A DNA stretch of 64,000 nucleotides from Lytechinus pictus (lineage: Eukaryota): the NCBI RefSeq assembly GCF_037042905.1, contig NC_087251.1:40550001-40614000 (forward strand), read 5' to 3'. The notes below the pieces were generated by a model that made no database searches, was not told where the DNA came from, and saw only the letters and a list, made by a program, of their open reading frames with translations. The position numbers and the translations under genes were made by a program. Below are positions 63,235-64,000 of this stretch, piece after piece (the first letter of the stretch is position 1; every line of letters begins with the position of its first letter).

Positions 63235-63520
63235 CAAGAAAATGTGGTTTCAGCACCTTCTGTAAATTCCTTTAAGAATCGGCTTGATAATCACTGGAAA
63301 GATATTGCTTTTGTTTACGACTTTGAGTAATGGACTTTATGTCTTGCCACATGCAACTACTTGCCATGTGCAACTACTTGCCACATGCTACTACTTGCCA
63401 CATGCAACTAATTGAAACTGATAGTGTGGAGCATACTGTTTATTCCCTTGGATCGATGAACAGGCATAGTCCTACAAGCATCGTTGGATAAAAGTAAAAG
63501 TAAATAAAAGTAAAAGTAAA
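63235..63520 (+). mobile_element. 3' fragment of a CR1-type LINE
   Basis: ENVVSAPSVNSFKNRLDNHW* is a typical CR1 ORF2 C-terminus; the 3' UTR has 4 copies of a 17-bp repeat (cttgccacatgcaacta) and an (AAAAGT)n tail. Confidence 0.75.
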
Positions 63521-64000
63521 CGACCCAGTCTTTTTGTACACCCCTCCCATTTACCATCCATGCCTATGTATTGATTTTAAGGCATCCACCGCGTAAGCTC
63601 AGAAACAGTTCATACAAACATACTGTTTAATGTTTGGCGGGAAGAGAGAGAGAGAAAAAAACAAACATCTGCGTTAATAATTGGATAGTAGTATTCATCA
63701 ATCATGAAGAGTTGTCATAGAATAATATTTTTTCCATGCATGATTCTTCAAAAAAGCGAGGTACCATATCCATTCAGTTACCTTTCACTGCATTGTAAAT
63801 TGCCTTTTCCACATTATATATGTTTGTAAATGCGTTGTCAATATGACTTGATATCGAGAATGAAGCTCCTACCCTGAGAACTTTCGACCCGCCCCACCCC
63901 CCCCCCTTCTCTCTCTCACACACACACACACACACCCTCCCTCACACACACACACCGCTCTCTCTATTCACCCTTTCACTTTTTGGTATACCCATGTAGT

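Noticed and set aside
59854..64000. Promoter or non-coding first exon of the SLC6 gene
   Set aside because: An upstream exon is implied by the acceptor at 59854, but none could be located from sequence alone.

Overview
AT-rich, intron-dominated animal genomic DNA. An invertebrate, possibly an echinoderm, is inferred from the repeat types only. The window lies almost entirely inside one minus-strand SLC6 (sodium/chloride-dependent neurotransmitter/osmolyte symporter, GABA/taurine/creatine/betaine branch) gene. Nine coding exons (59845 down to 936) have canonical GT-AG sites and compatible phases and splice to 468 codons covering TM1-TM9; the last exons lie left of the window. The introns contain: a near full-length but disrupted I-clade LINE (gag, APE, RT, RNase H, poly-A); a 5'-truncated L2/CR1-group LINE interrupted by a TIR element; a solo LTR nested in a Helentron/DINE-like element; many MITEs; tRNA-derived SINEs; and a 2.6-kb pyrimidine-rich minisatellite. 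The most unusual signals are (1) a SINE-like element whose head resembles the 7SL RNA Alu domain, (2) ultra-short CATGG...CCATG palindromes with 7-bp target duplications that look like P-element-type excision footprints, and (3) an unusual set of substrate-site residues in the transporter. All calls were made by eye, with no database searches.
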